This document shows positions 13,024 to 22,225 of a stretch of 64,000 bases of DNA, piece by piece (position 1 is the first letter of the stretch; the number at the start of each line of letters is the position of its first letter). A model generated the notes under the pieces. That model saw only the letters and a program-made list of their open reading frames with translations. It was not told the DNA's origin and made no database searches. The position numbers and the translations under genes were made by a program. The stretch is from a candidate division FCPU426 bacterium (GTDB lineage: Bacteria > Oederibacteriota > JAAXVQ01 > JAUVAV01), in contig JBFLYH010000002.1 in NCBI GenBank assembly GCA_040756875.1, forward strand, positions 478,526-542,525, given 5' to 3'.

Positions 13024-15162
13024 TCATTCCCCGAAAGAGCTGCCTTCTGGTCCCGACCCCACGTGGAATTCCGGGAAAGCCTTTAAATTAAGGCCGAAAC
13101 CGACGTCATAATGCCCGTCGGCATACACTTTCAGCCCGGTTTGCATCTCCCAGCAATGCAGGTCGTGCGAAAGGGTCAGGGAATAATTGGTGAATTTTTT
13201 TTGCAGCACTTCGAATTGCAGGCCGGTTTGCAGCGAGATTCCCACCCCGGGCCGCACGCCGGCGGTCAGCATGGCAAACCAGGAATGTTCGCGGCCGGTT
13301 TGGCCGATATACGAATAGGAATTGTTCAAAGCCACATTCCACGCGCTCTGGGCCATGCTGGCGGAAACATACCCCGAGGTGATGCGCTCCTTGAGCCAGT
13401 CATGGGTCCCCTGCCAGTTCAGGGAAACGCCGGAGCCCAGACTGGCATTGCCGCTGAAATTGAGGGCTTCCAGGTGGTCCCGCCAATCCGGCGATTCCTC
13501 AAACAGGAAGAATTTATAGCCCGTACTGCCGCGCAGCACGAAAAAAGTGCCCATAAAATAATCCAGACTCAGGCCCATGCGGTTGGACGTGACGCCGGCG
13601 GCTGCCAGCGAGCGGTTGCCCTCCAGGGAGAACTGCCGGCTGAAGTCGTGGGACAGGCGGCTTTCGACCAGGTGCGTGGGTTTGGTGTAGCGGTAATTCA
13701 CCCATTTGTTGGTCAGGGTCAGGTTGGTCGTGTACCCGCCGTCGATCTGGGTTTGGGGCGAGGTTTGATCGCTGGTGTGGTCGGAAAAGACGATTTCCTT
13801 GTACGTGCCGGTCAGGGGCAGGGAGAGCGAGCCCGACAGGCTGGGCTGCGTGGGAACACGCACGGGGAAAGTGTAGGTTTCGGTCAGTCCGGGCGTCAGC
13901 CTGAAGCTGTCCACATAACGGTCGCGGATGTCGCCGCTGGGAATCACGGTCACGCGCTGGTAGGTGCGGTTCAGCCCGGCGCTCAGGTTCAAATAGAGCG
14001 GCTGCACCAGGCTGAACAGTTTTTGCGGCGTAAGGGAAACAGAAGCGGTCGGCAGTTCACGGCTTTGGGTGTAATAAGTTCCCAGCAGCGGATCCCAATA
14101 CTCCACGTCGCTGGCATTCAGGCTCCAATAGAAAATGTCGCCCCGGTGCGAATAGGCCAGGTAGGATTTCTGCTGGAACGAGTCCACCACGTCCGCCGAA
14201 AATTCCCGGTTGAACGCCTGGTCCGAAAGGTAATCCAGGTTGAGCTGCATCTGGTCCCGCTCGCTGAATTCATGGCGGTTGTCCACGTGGGCGGTCCAGC
14301 GTTCGGTCCCGAGCTCCTTGTCCCGCACGTAATAGACCGACAGATCCCCCGCCCCCTTGCCCAGGGCCTCGTAGCCGAGGTGGTGCTCCACGCCCCAGCC
14401 CAGGCCTTTGCGCTCCATAAGGTCGAGCAGCAGGCCGCCGTAGTTTTCCTTGCCCAGATAATAATTGAAGCGCAGGCGCGCGTACCAGCCTTCAAAATCG
14501 TTGTACCCCACGCGGATGGAAAAAGGCGGCCGGCTGTCCTTGAGCGAGCGCTGGATCCAGGGCAGGTAAAAGACCGGGGTGGTGCCCACGTACAAAACCG
14601 CGTGGTGGGCCGTGAGGGATTCGCCCAGCACCACGTCGATCCGGCTGGCCGTGAGATGATAATGGGGATGGCGGGCGTCGCAGGTGGTGAACAGGGCGTG
14701 GTTGATGGCCACTTCCTTCTCGCCGTGTTTTTCGACGGACTCGCCCTGGTAATACCAGGGCCGGGTGGCGAAGCGGATGCCCCGCGCGGCGGCCGACTGG
14801 CTCTGCAAATCGTAGTCGAGTTCTGCACAGTGGATGGTCCGGTCGGTTTCAGTCAGCGTGACATTGCCGCGAGCTTCGATCCGGCGGGTGGCGAGGTCCG
14901 CCTGCGCCGCGTCGGCGGTGAGCGTCAGGTTGGAATACCAGATGCGGACCGAGCCGCGCGCTTCCATGCGTCCCGTGTCCTCGGCATAGCTGAGCCAATC
15001 CGCGGCCACGCTCACCCGCTGGCCGGCCGTGGTATTGGGCGCGGCCTCGGGCACAGGCGCAGCCGCCCGGGCGGAAGCGCCCAGGAGCCAGAATGCCGTA
15101 ACAAAAAAAAGCAGGGGCGCGCCGTATGCTTGCACGCCCCTGCCGATGGTCTGCATTCTCAT
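13024..15162 (-). CDS. lptD: LPS-assembly protein LptD-like (OstA jellyroll + beta-barrel)
   Basis: Signal peptide; 'ADWLSY...EARGSV...LTAD' OstA pattern; FTTC..PHY; C-terminal 'DLHCWE...LNLKAFP'; start uncertain (15156-15192). Confidence 0.8.
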   Translation of the reverse strand: MRMQTIGRGVQAYGAPLLFFVTAFWLLGASARAAAPVPEAAPNTTAGQRVSVAADWLSYAEDTGRMEARGSVRIWYSNLTLTADAAQADLATRRIEARGNVTLTETDRTIHCAELDYDLQSQSAAARGIRFATRPWYYQGESVEKHGEKEVAINHALFTTCDARHPHYHLTASRIDVVLGESLTAHHAVLYVGTTPVFYLPWIQRSLKDSRPPFSIRVGYNDFEGWYARLRFNYYLGKENYGGLLLDLMERKGLGWGVEHHLGYEALGKGAGDLSVYYVRDKELGTERWTAHVDNRHEFSERDQMQLNLDYLSDQAFNREFSADVVDSFQQKSYLAYSHRGDIFYWSLNASDVEYWDPLLGTYYTQSRELPTASVSLTPQKLFSLVQPLYLNLSAGLNRTYQRVTVIPSGDIRDRYVDSFRLTPGLTETYTFPVRVPTQPSLSGSLSLPLTGTYKEIVFSDHTSDQTSPQTQIDGGYTTNLTLTNKWVNYRYTKPTHLVESRLSHDFSRQFSLEGNRSLAAAGVTSNRMGLSLDYFMGTFFVLRGSTGYKFFLFEESPDWRDHLEALNFSGNASLGSGVSLNWQGTHDWLKERITSGYVSASMAQSAWNVALNNSYSYIGQTGREHSWFAMLTAGVRPGVGISLQTGLQFEVLQKKFTNYSLTLSHDLHCWEMQTGLKVYADGHYDVGFGLNLKAFPEFHVGSGPEGSSFGE

Positions 15163-15184
15163 CACCCTGCCTTGCGGGCGGGAC

Positions 15185-16288
15185 TCACACAATCGTTTGT
15201 TCGGTTTCTTTGTCGAAGAAATGGGCTTTGCTCATGTCAAGGACGAGATCCATGTCCTGATTGACTTCCAACTGCTCGTACGTGTCCATGCGCGCGATAA
15301 AGGGCGTTTTGCCGGTCGTGAGATAGATGAAGGCGTCCCAGCCCATGGGTTCCACCACTTCCACGGTGGCGGTGATCGTGTTTTCCGGCGACGCGGGATA
15401 ATACACCTTGTCGTAGATGTTTTCCGGCCGGATGCCCATGACCAGTTCCTTGCCCACCAAGTCCTCCAGGGCAGCCGCATGGTCGTCGTGAATCTTGACC
15501 GTGAAATTTTCCTCCGAAAAATACAACACGTCCTTTTTCTTGATGATCGTGCCTTCCATGAAATTCATGGGCGGCGACCCGATGAAACTGGCTACGAACT
15601 TGTTGCTGGGCTGGTCGTACAGGGTGATGGGGTCGGCGATTTGCTGGATCAGGCCGTCCCGCATGACCACGATCCGGTCGCCCATGGTCATGGCTTCCAC
15701 CTGGTCGTGCGTCACGTAGATCATGGTCGCCTGCAGGCGGGTGTGCAGCTTGCCGATCTCGCCGCGCATCTGCACGCGCAGTTTGGCGTCGAGGTTGGAG
15801 AGCGGTTCGTCGAAGAGAAACACCTTGGGATTGCGCACGATCGCGCGCCCCAGGGCCACGCGCTGGCGCTCGCCGCCGGCCAGGGACTTGGGCCGGGAGT
15901 CCAGCAGCCGCGTAATGCTCAGCGTTTCAGCGGCCTCCAAGACGCGGCGTTTGATCTCGTCCTTGGGGAGCTTCTTCAATTTGAGCCCGAAGGCCATGTT
16001 CTCATATACGGTCATGTGCGGATACAGGGCATAGTTCTGGAAAACCATGGCAATATCGCGGTCTTTGGGCGGAAGGTCGTTGACGACTTTGTCGTCGATC
16101 AGAATATCGCCGCTGGTGGCTTCCTCCAGCCCGGCGATCAGGCGCAGGGTGGTGGACTTGCCGCAGCCCGAAGGCCCGACCAGAACGATGAATTCCTTGT
16201 CTTCGCAGGTTAAATTGACGTTTTGAACGGCATCCCGGTCTTTGCCGGGGAAATGCTTGCGGACATTTTTAAGGACAACCCGTGCCAA
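15185..16288 (-). CDS. Carbohydrate ABC transporter ATPase (MsmK/UgpC/MalK family)
   Basis: [47 protein letters not shown]-terminus; TTG start with GAGGAGG RBS. Confidence 0.93.
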   Translation of the reverse strand: MARVVLKNVRKHFPGKDRDAVQNVNLTCEDKEFIVLVGPSGCGKSTTLRLIAGLEEATSGDILIDDKVVNDLPPKDRDIAMVFQNYALYPHMTVYENMAFGLKLKKLPKDEIKRRVLEAAETLSITRLLDSRPKSLAGGERQRVALGRAIVRNPKVFLFDEPLSNLDAKLRVQMRGEIGKLHTRLQATMIYVTHDQVEAMTMGDRIVVMRDGLIQQIADPITLYDQPSNKFVASFIGSPPMNFMEGTIIKKKDVLYFSEENFTVKIHDDHAAALEDLVGKELVMGIRPENIYDKVYYPASPENTITATVEVVEPMGWDAFIYLTTGKTPFIARMDTYEQLEVNQDMDLVLDMSKAHFFDKETEQTIV

Positions 16289-16374
16289 AACACGACCTCC
16301 TCATGCACAATACGACTGGCAGGAATTTATGGGCAGGCCCAGAAAGAGAACAAGAAACACAGCAGGTCGAGGCT

Positions 16375-16404
16375 ATTGTAGCGGCTGAATCCCGGCCCTG
16401 TCAA
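16375..16404 (-). promoter_or_regulatory. Sigma70-type promoter for the ABC ATPase-lptD unit
   Basis: Minus strand TTGACA-N18-TACAAT just past the argH stop. Confidence 0.6.
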
Positions 16405-17829
16405 TCATATTTTTCCAAGCCTTTTCCGCTCCCTTTGCAGGGCGGCAGCGACCCGGTTGGGCGCGGTCCCGCCCCAGGAACGCTTGGCCGCCACGGAGCG
16501 CCGGAGCCCGACTTCCCCGAGCACGCCAGGCTGAAAAGCCGGGTGAAAGGCCCGCCAACGCTCCAGGGGGATGGATTCCAGGGGAATGTCGGCCTCGCTG
16601 GCCCAGGTGACCAGGCGTCCGACCGCTTCATGGGCCTGCCGGAACGGCACGCCCTGGCGGACCAAATGGTCGGCCGCTTCGGTGGCGGTCGGGAATCCCA
16701 GGCTGCAGGCCTGTTCGAGGCGCTCGCGGTTGAAACGCAGAGTGTCCAGCATGGGGCAAAGAACCAGCAGGGTTTCATCCAGAATGTCCGCGGCCTCAAA
16801 CACCACCACTTTGTCTTCCTGCAAATCCCGGTTGTACGTCAGCGGCAGGCCCTTCAGCACGGTCAGCAATGTGACCAGGCAGCCGTTTAAGCGGCTGCTG
16901 CGGCCGCGGATCAGTTCAGCCACGTCCGGGTTGCGCTTCTGGGGCATGATGGAAGACCCGGTGGCGAACCGCTGGGACAGGGTGATAAAGCGGAACTCGT
17001 GGCTGGAAAACAGCACCAGCTCCTCGGCCAGGCGCGAGAGATGCACCCCGCAGATCGCGGCCGCAGACAAAAATTCCAGGGCGAAATCGCGGTCCGCGAC
17101 CGTGTCCAGCGAATTGTCCGTCACGCGGGCGAAACCCAGCAGGCGCGCCGTGAACTGCCGGTCAATGGGATGGCTGGTGCCGGCCAGGGCCGCCGCGCCC
17201 AGAGGCAAATCCTCCAGGCTGCCCTGCCGCAACTCCCACAGCCGGCGCTCATCCCGGGCAAACGCCTCGAGATGGGCCAGCAGCCAGTGCGCCACCAGCA
17301 CCGGCTGGGCGGTCTGCAGGTGCGTGTATCCGGGCATGATCCAGTCCCGGTGCTTTTCCGCCAGGCGCAGGAGCGAACGCTGCAGGAGCCGCAGGGCGCC
17401 GGCGAGGTGCTCGGTTTCCCCTCGCAGGTACAGTTTGAAATCCAGGGCCACCTGGTCGTTGCGCGAACGCGCGGTGTGGACCTTGCCAGCCACGGGGCCG
17501 ATCAATTCATGCAAGCGCCTCTCCACCAGCATGTGCACGTCCTCGTCCGAAGGCTTGTGCGCCAGTTTGCCCTGCTCCCATTCGTGCAGCACGGCGCGCA
17601 GGCCGCCCTGGATTTTCCGCGCTTCGGCCAGGGACAGGATTTTGCATTTGGCCAGCATCTCCACGTGCGCCAGACTTCCCGCAATGTCCGCGGGCAGCAG
17701 CCGCCAATCCACCTCCAGCGAGGCGGTGTACGCTTCGGCGCGCGGGTCCGGCGCTTCGGTGAAACGTCCGGCCCAGGCTTTATGCGGGGCCTTTGCGGCA
17801 GATGGCTTGCGGCGTTTGCGTGCGGGCAT
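16405..17829 (-). CDS. argH: Argininosuccinate lyase
   Basis: WAGRF, EDVH, HTARSRNDQV, PGYTHLQ, GSSIMPQKRNPD, YNRDLQEDK. Confidence 0.96.
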   Translation of the reverse strand: MPARKRRKPSAAKAPHKAWAGRFTEAPDPRAEAYTASLEVDWRLLPADIAGSLAHVEMLAKCKILSLAEARKIQGGLRAVLHEWEQGKLAHKPSDEDVHMLVERRLHELIGPVAGKVHTARSRNDQVALDFKLYLRGETEHLAGALRLLQRSLLRLAEKHRDWIMPGYTHLQTAQPVLVAHWLLAHLEAFARDERRLWELRQGSLEDLPLGAAALAGTSHPIDRQFTARLLGFARVTDNSLDTVADRDFALEFLSAAAICGVHLSRLAEELVLFSSHEFRFITLSQRFATGSSIMPQKRNPDVAELIRGRSSRLNGCLVTLLTVLKGLPLTYNRDLQEDKVVVFEAADILDETLLVLCPMLDTLRFNRERLEQACSLGFPTATEAADHLVRQGVPFRQAHEAVGRLVTWASEADIPLESIPLERWRAFHPAFQPGVLGEVGLRRSVAAKRSWGGTAPNRVAAALQRERKRLGKI

Positions 17830-17855
17830 GGTGGTCGCTCCCCGTAGTTTCGGTT

Positions 17856-19085
17856 TCAGGCTTTTTTGCGCTGCTTGCCCGATTTGCTTCTCAGCTGCGC
17901 CTGCACCTTCAGGGGCAGGCCGTAGAGGTTGATGAAACCCGTGGCGTCTGATTGGCGGTAAACGTCATCCCGGCTGAAGGTGGCCAGTGCCTCCGAGAAC
18001 AAGGAGTTGGGCGAACGCCGGCCCAGAGCCGCGGTTTGCCCGCGGTAAAGCTGCATGCGCACTTCGCCCGTGGCCGCGGACATCACCTGGTTCATGAAAG
18101 CATCCAGGGCTTCGCGCAGAGGCGTGAACCACTGGCCATAGTAGACCATTTCCGCGTATTTCAACGCCAACTGGCTGCGGAAATGCATGGTTTCCCGGTC
18201 CAGCACCAGGCTGGCCAGTTCGTGCAGGGCCGCCACCAGTACCGTGCCAGCCGGCGTTTCGTACGCCCCGCGCGATTTCATGCCCACCAGGCGGTTCTCC
18301 ACCAGGTCCGTGCGGCCCACGCCATGGCGGCCGGCTTGGATGTTGAGGGTCTGGATCAGCTTGACCAGGTCCAGTTTGCGGCCGTTCAGGCTGACGGGCA
18401 CGCCGGCGTCGAAACCAATAGTCACTTCCTCGGGTTCGGCCGGCGCTTGTTTGGGGTCCTGGGTCAGCATCCACACTTCGGAACTCGGGGCCTGCCAGGG
18501 ATCTTCCAACTCGCCGCCCTCGTGCGAAATGTGCCAAAGATTGCGGTCGCGCGAATAGATCTTCTTCAAAGACTGGGAGACCGGCACGTGATGGGCCTCG
18601 GCGTAAGCCAGGGCGTCCTCGCGCGAACGCAGGGTCCACTTCGGGTCTCGCCAGGGCGCGATGACCGTCAACTGAGGGGCCAAGGCCTGGTAGGTCAGCT
18701 CGAAACGCACCTGGTCATTGCCCTTGCCTGTGCAGCCGTGCGCCACGGCGTCGGCTTTTTCCTTAAGCGCGATTTCCACCTGGTGCCTGGCGATCAAAGG
18801 CCGGGCGATGGACGTTCCCAGCAGGTATTTGTTTTCGTACACCGCTCCGGACTTCAACAGCGGGGCGAGATAGTCTTCGGCGAACTCCTTTTTCAAATCC
18901 AAAACATAGCACTTGGAAGCGCCGGTCTGTTTGGCCTTGGCCGGCAAACCGTCCAGTTCCTCCTCCTGGCCGATATCCGCCGCGAACGCAATCACTTCGC
19001 AATTGTAATTCTCTTTAAGCCAGGGAATGATCACCGAGGTGTCCAAACCCCCGGAATACGCCAGAACGACTTTCTTGATGGCCAT
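17856..19085 (-). CDS. argG: Argininosuccinate synthase
   Basis: [59 protein letters not shown] before MAIKK. Confidence 0.97.
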   Translation of the reverse strand: MAIKKVVLAYSGGLDTSVIIPWLKENYNCEVIAFAADIGQEEELDGLPAKAKQTGASKCYVLDLKKEFAEDYLAPLLKSGAVYENKYLLGTSIARPLIARHQVEIALKEKADAVAHGCTGKGNDQVRFELTYQALAPQLTVIAPWRDPKWTLRSREDALAYAEAHHVPVSQSLKKIYSRDRNLWHISHEGGELEDPWQAPSSEVWMLTQDPKQAPAEPEEVTIGFDAGVPVSLNGRKLDLVKLIQTLNIQAGRHGVGRTDLVENRLVGMKSRGAYETPAGTVLVAALHELASLVLDRETMHFRSQLALKYAEMVYYGQWFTPLREALDAFMNQVMSAATGEVRMQLYRGQTAALGRRSPNSLFSEALATFSRDDVYRQSDATGFINLYGLPLKVQAQLRSKSGKQRKKA

Positions 19086-19349
19086 GGAAGTAGGCTCCAT
19101 ATAAGATTTGATATTAAAACATCTTGATTCAAGACTTATTTTCTATATCTGATTAATGATAGCGGAAGCTATGTGGGAATGCTACTTCATTTTTAAACTG
19201 CTTTTCCCGAAGAACTCTGGTGGCTTCGGTTCTTTACAAAACGCCTTAATTCTGCCAGGGGGCTGAAAAACACTCATGACAACAGCTAGTTATACACATC
19301 TTTTCATAATCAGAACATATCATTGCCTATTATAACTTTTCGGATATTT

Positions 19350-20807
19350 TCATTTATCAGCAGATTCCGCCGCAAGAGAATAAACCATTAAGGCTTTATC
19401 ACCCGAACCGACTTCCAGAACGCAGGTAGACACAATACCTGGAATCGTCCGAAAGGTTTTATCTTGAGCATTCGTAAGTACTAACCATGCCTTCAAAAGA
19501 TCTTGCCTTGCCCGGGTTTTAACCACATCATTCAATACCCAGACCGAATCGCCGTCTCGATTTCGTTGGTCGAAGTAACCTGACCGAACATAAACATGGT
19601 CGCTCGATGGTTCTAAATAATAAGCCAAACAACCTCGTTCAATCAAATCAACAACTAATACTTTGGATGATTCCTCCATGTGCTCGCGTAAATAATTCGC
19701 CACCGTTTTATAATCTTGTTTGGAATATTGGCTCGGCTGCAAATGATATTGATAAACCGGGAATAGCAGTATTCCAACCACCATGACATTTTTTAACCAC
19801 TTTGGCCCCGGTATCAATTCCAATAAAATTGAAGTCCCATATCCCACTACCAAGAGATATATCGGCAATAAAAATATAGTATTACGCGTGGTTACAATCT
19901 GAGCATGCGAAGTTATTAAAAACAGAGATACAAGCATGATCACAAATGCGCTTGCCAGAACCACAAGTTTGTGGTTCTTATGTATTATTGCCATGATTGT
20001 ACCCAGCAAAAACAAAAGCGCAAACCCGTAATACCACCCATTAAAAAAACCTATGGAACTATATTGGGAAAGTAGCACAGAAAAAAACAGCGGCAAGAAA
20101 GGCATTCCGTATCCCGGGGTATGCTCCGCGTGGCGAAATTGGTTTAGAAGCAATGGTACCCAAGGGCTAAATATCAGCAGAGAAATGCCCGCATTAACTA
20201 CCGCTTGAGGTATTTTCCAGGAAGTGATTTTAACGTTTTTATATCTCCATAGCCAATAGAGGCCTTCGATAACCATAACAAACATTCCAAAATAATGCGT
20301 AAGCAGGAGGAGTCCATTAACTGCTCCCAACCCTATTGCCCAGGGCCAGCTTTGTTCTTCACACCATCGGACAGTCAAATATAAACTAACCAATGACAAC
20401 AAAAGAAACAGCGAATACATTCTGGCTTCTTGTGAGTAAGCTATGGCCATCGGGGATAAGGTAAAATACATCGTGGGCACCCAAGCCTGTGTTTTGCCAA
20501 TAAAATAGCGCGCCAATAAATAAAACACAGGGATGGATAGAATCCCATAAATGGCCGCTGGCAGGCGGACAATCCAGTCCGCTTTCCCAAACACAAGAAA
20601 AAATTTCAGCAGGATATAATCCAACGGCGGCGAAAGGTGGGTTCCAACGATGCGAAACAGATCATGCCAAGAGGAAGAAGCAGTAATAACCTGGCCAATC
20701 TCATCCAGCCAGAGGGATTGATGACCTAAATGGTACAAACGGACAATACTTCCTAAAATGACTATAATTAGAAGCGGATTATTTTCTCTGATGTTATTTA
20801 GTGTCAT
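19350..20807 (-). CDS. GT39/PMT-family (GT-C fold) membrane glycosyltransferase
   Basis: RLYHLGHQSLWLDE, SPPLDY, RLPAAIYG, YSQEARMYSL, LLTHYF; about 11 TM helices plus a periplasmic tail. Confidence 0.85.
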   Translation of the reverse strand: MTLNNIRENNPLLIIVILGSIVRLYHLGHQSLWLDEIGQVITASSSWHDLFRIVGTHLSPPLDYILLKFFLVFGKADWIVRLPAAIYGILSIPVFYLLARYFIGKTQAWVPTMYFTLSPMAIAYSQEARMYSLFLLLSLVSLYLTVRWCEEQSWPWAIGLGAVNGLLLLTHYFGMFVMVIEGLYWLWRYKNVKITSWKIPQAVVNAGISLLIFSPWVPLLLNQFRHAEHTPGYGMPFLPLFFSVLLSQYSSIGFFNGWYYGFALLFLLGTIMAIIHKNHKLVVLASAFVIMLVSLFLITSHAQIVTTRNTIFLLPIYLLVVGYGTSILLELIPGPKWLKNVMVVGILLFPVYQYHLQPSQYSKQDYKTVANYLREHMEESSKVLVVDLIERGCLAYYLEPSSDHVYVRSGYFDQRNRDGDSVWVLNDVVKTRARQDLLKAWLVLTNAQDKTFRTIPGIVSTCVLEVGSGDKALMVYSLAAESADK

Positions 20808-20825
20808 TATTAATCAGTATTATGT

Positions 20826-21593
20826 TTATTTTATTTTCATAATCCAAATAATCGTCATATTTTTAGGTCTAGTTTCAGTACCTCCCGTTGTTCCAATTAT
20901 ATACGAATTCCAAGTTATTGTATGATCAGTAAGAGTATTTGAGATAGGATACTGCCCGCCTCCCGAACCAGCGTCTAACGCTATTGCATGGTTATGAGCT
21001 TTAAGGTCATCTGCTTGCAATACACCCGAAGAAGAACCGCCACGCAAAAATCTTCCTTGATTGTTGAGGTCCGGAATTATTTGTCCATCAAAAACACTTT
21101 CCGGATCACTCAGTGTCTGGCCATTGCATTCCACCCACTGCGAAGAGAGGGTCGGGGCGCCAGGGGGCATGTTTTTATGCCAGGCGATGATACTGCCAAT
21201 CGGCACATCATAATTCAAAACAAACGGCACACCGTTGAGCGGCTGGCGGGGTAACATTTCATTATCCGATCCCACCTGCACTCCCAACCAGTACTGATTG
21301 CTGAAATCCACATTTTTAGATAAAAGTGGAGTAGTTACGCCCAGTCGCACGTTGAAATATCCGTTCTTCACTTCCACATTGGTTAAGCTTTCGCTCCATT
21401 TGGCCGAGCCAACCAAGGCATTTGGATCGTCATACAGCCTGAAAGTAATGACATAATTGCCATCTGTCACCGGATTGCCTAGACTGTTGGTCAATCTTCC
21501 CTGATAATTAATCGTTCTTGATGCGGGCGTGGCAAAAACTGTCGAGCAGATCAAGAATAATGAAAGCAACCCCAGTAGTGCTTGCTTTTTCAT
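20826..21593 (-). CDS. Secreted protein: N-terminal INYQGRL...VPF domain + phage tail-collar/fibre-tip C-terminus
   Basis: Signal peptide MKKQALLGLLSLFLICSTVFA; INYQGRLTNSLGNPVTDGNY...PRQPLNGVPF; then VPIGSIIAW...WVECNGQ...PDL...RFLRG...QADDLKAHNH...GGTETRPKNMTIIWIMKI; GGAGG RBS. Confidence 0.75.
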   Translation of the reverse strand: MKKQALLGLLSLFLICSTVFATPASRTINYQGRLTNSLGNPVTDGNYVITFRLYDDPNALVGSAKWSESLTNVEVKNGYFNVRLGVTTPLLSKNVDFSNQYWLGVQVGSDNEMLPRQPLNGVPFVLNYDVPIGSIIAWHKNMPPGAPTLSSQWVECNGQTLSDPESVFDGQIIPDLNNQGRFLRGGSSSGVLQADDLKAHNHAIALDAGSGGGQYPISNTLTDHTITWNSYIIGTTGGTETRPKNMTIIWIMKIK

Positions 21594-21610
21594 TTTATTC
21601 CTCCCTCTTT

Positions 21611-22189
21611 TCATTTCACCAACGCTATTTTTTTAGACAGCGTGGTTGTTTTTCCTGCTTCAGACTTGGCCTTTATCCATAATAAATAAACGCCATTGGC
21701 AATATTGGACGTATCCCAGGTCCAGCTATTTGAACCCAAGGGTAAACTAGCCCAATGCTGAGAAATCACCAGATCCCCATTGACTGTAAATACTTTCAAT
21801 TCCACCTCAGCCCGCATGGCCAAATCAAAATGGATGGTGCCGCGTTTGCCCCGGATAGGGTTAGGTGCGGCATAGACATAGTCCGCGCATATCACTTCTC
21901 CTCCGAATGAGCGGATGGGAGTTGGGGTTACAGTTGGAGTCGGCGCGGGTAAAAAATAGTCATTAAAATATCCGGCCTGAACTGAATAGCGCCCACTCCA
22001 GCTTTGGCCTACCAATGATTCCCCGCTAGAATCGAACAGATAGATTCCTGAAGATTCCTGGGTATTGCCTGTACTACTGACTTGCATTTGATTGAGCTGG
22101 TAATTGGCCGATGATTGAGCTGCCTCGAGCGGACTGCTGGCAAAGATTATTAAAATAACCGCCAGCCACATTTTCGCAAGCGTCTTCAT
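21611..22189 (-). CDS. Small secreted protein with PT linker and T9SS type-A-CTD/FlgD-Ig-like C-terminal domain
   Basis: Signal peptide; SSANYQL...GRYSVQAGYF domain; PAPTPTVTPTP; YAAPNP...KVFTVNGDLV...WTWD...ANGVYLLWI...KKIALVK. Confidence 0.75.
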   Translation of the reverse strand: MKTLAKMWLAVILIIFASSPLEAAQSSANYQLNQMQVSSTGNTQESSGIYLFDSSGESLVGQSWSGRYSVQAGYFNDYFLPAPTPTVTPTPIRSFGGEVICADYVYAAPNPIRGKRGTIHFDLAMRAEVELKVFTVNGDLVISQHWASLPLGSNSWTWDTSNIANGVYLLWIKAKSEAGKTTTLSKKIALVK

Positions 22190-22225
22190 TTTATATCCCC
22201 CTTAAACCGGGTGATTTTATCATTA

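Noticed and set aside
20826-21593. Prophage, tailocin or contractile injection system suggested by the tail-collar domain
   Set aside because: No capsid, sheath, tube, baseplate, terminase or lysis genes, and the protein has a Sec signal peptide
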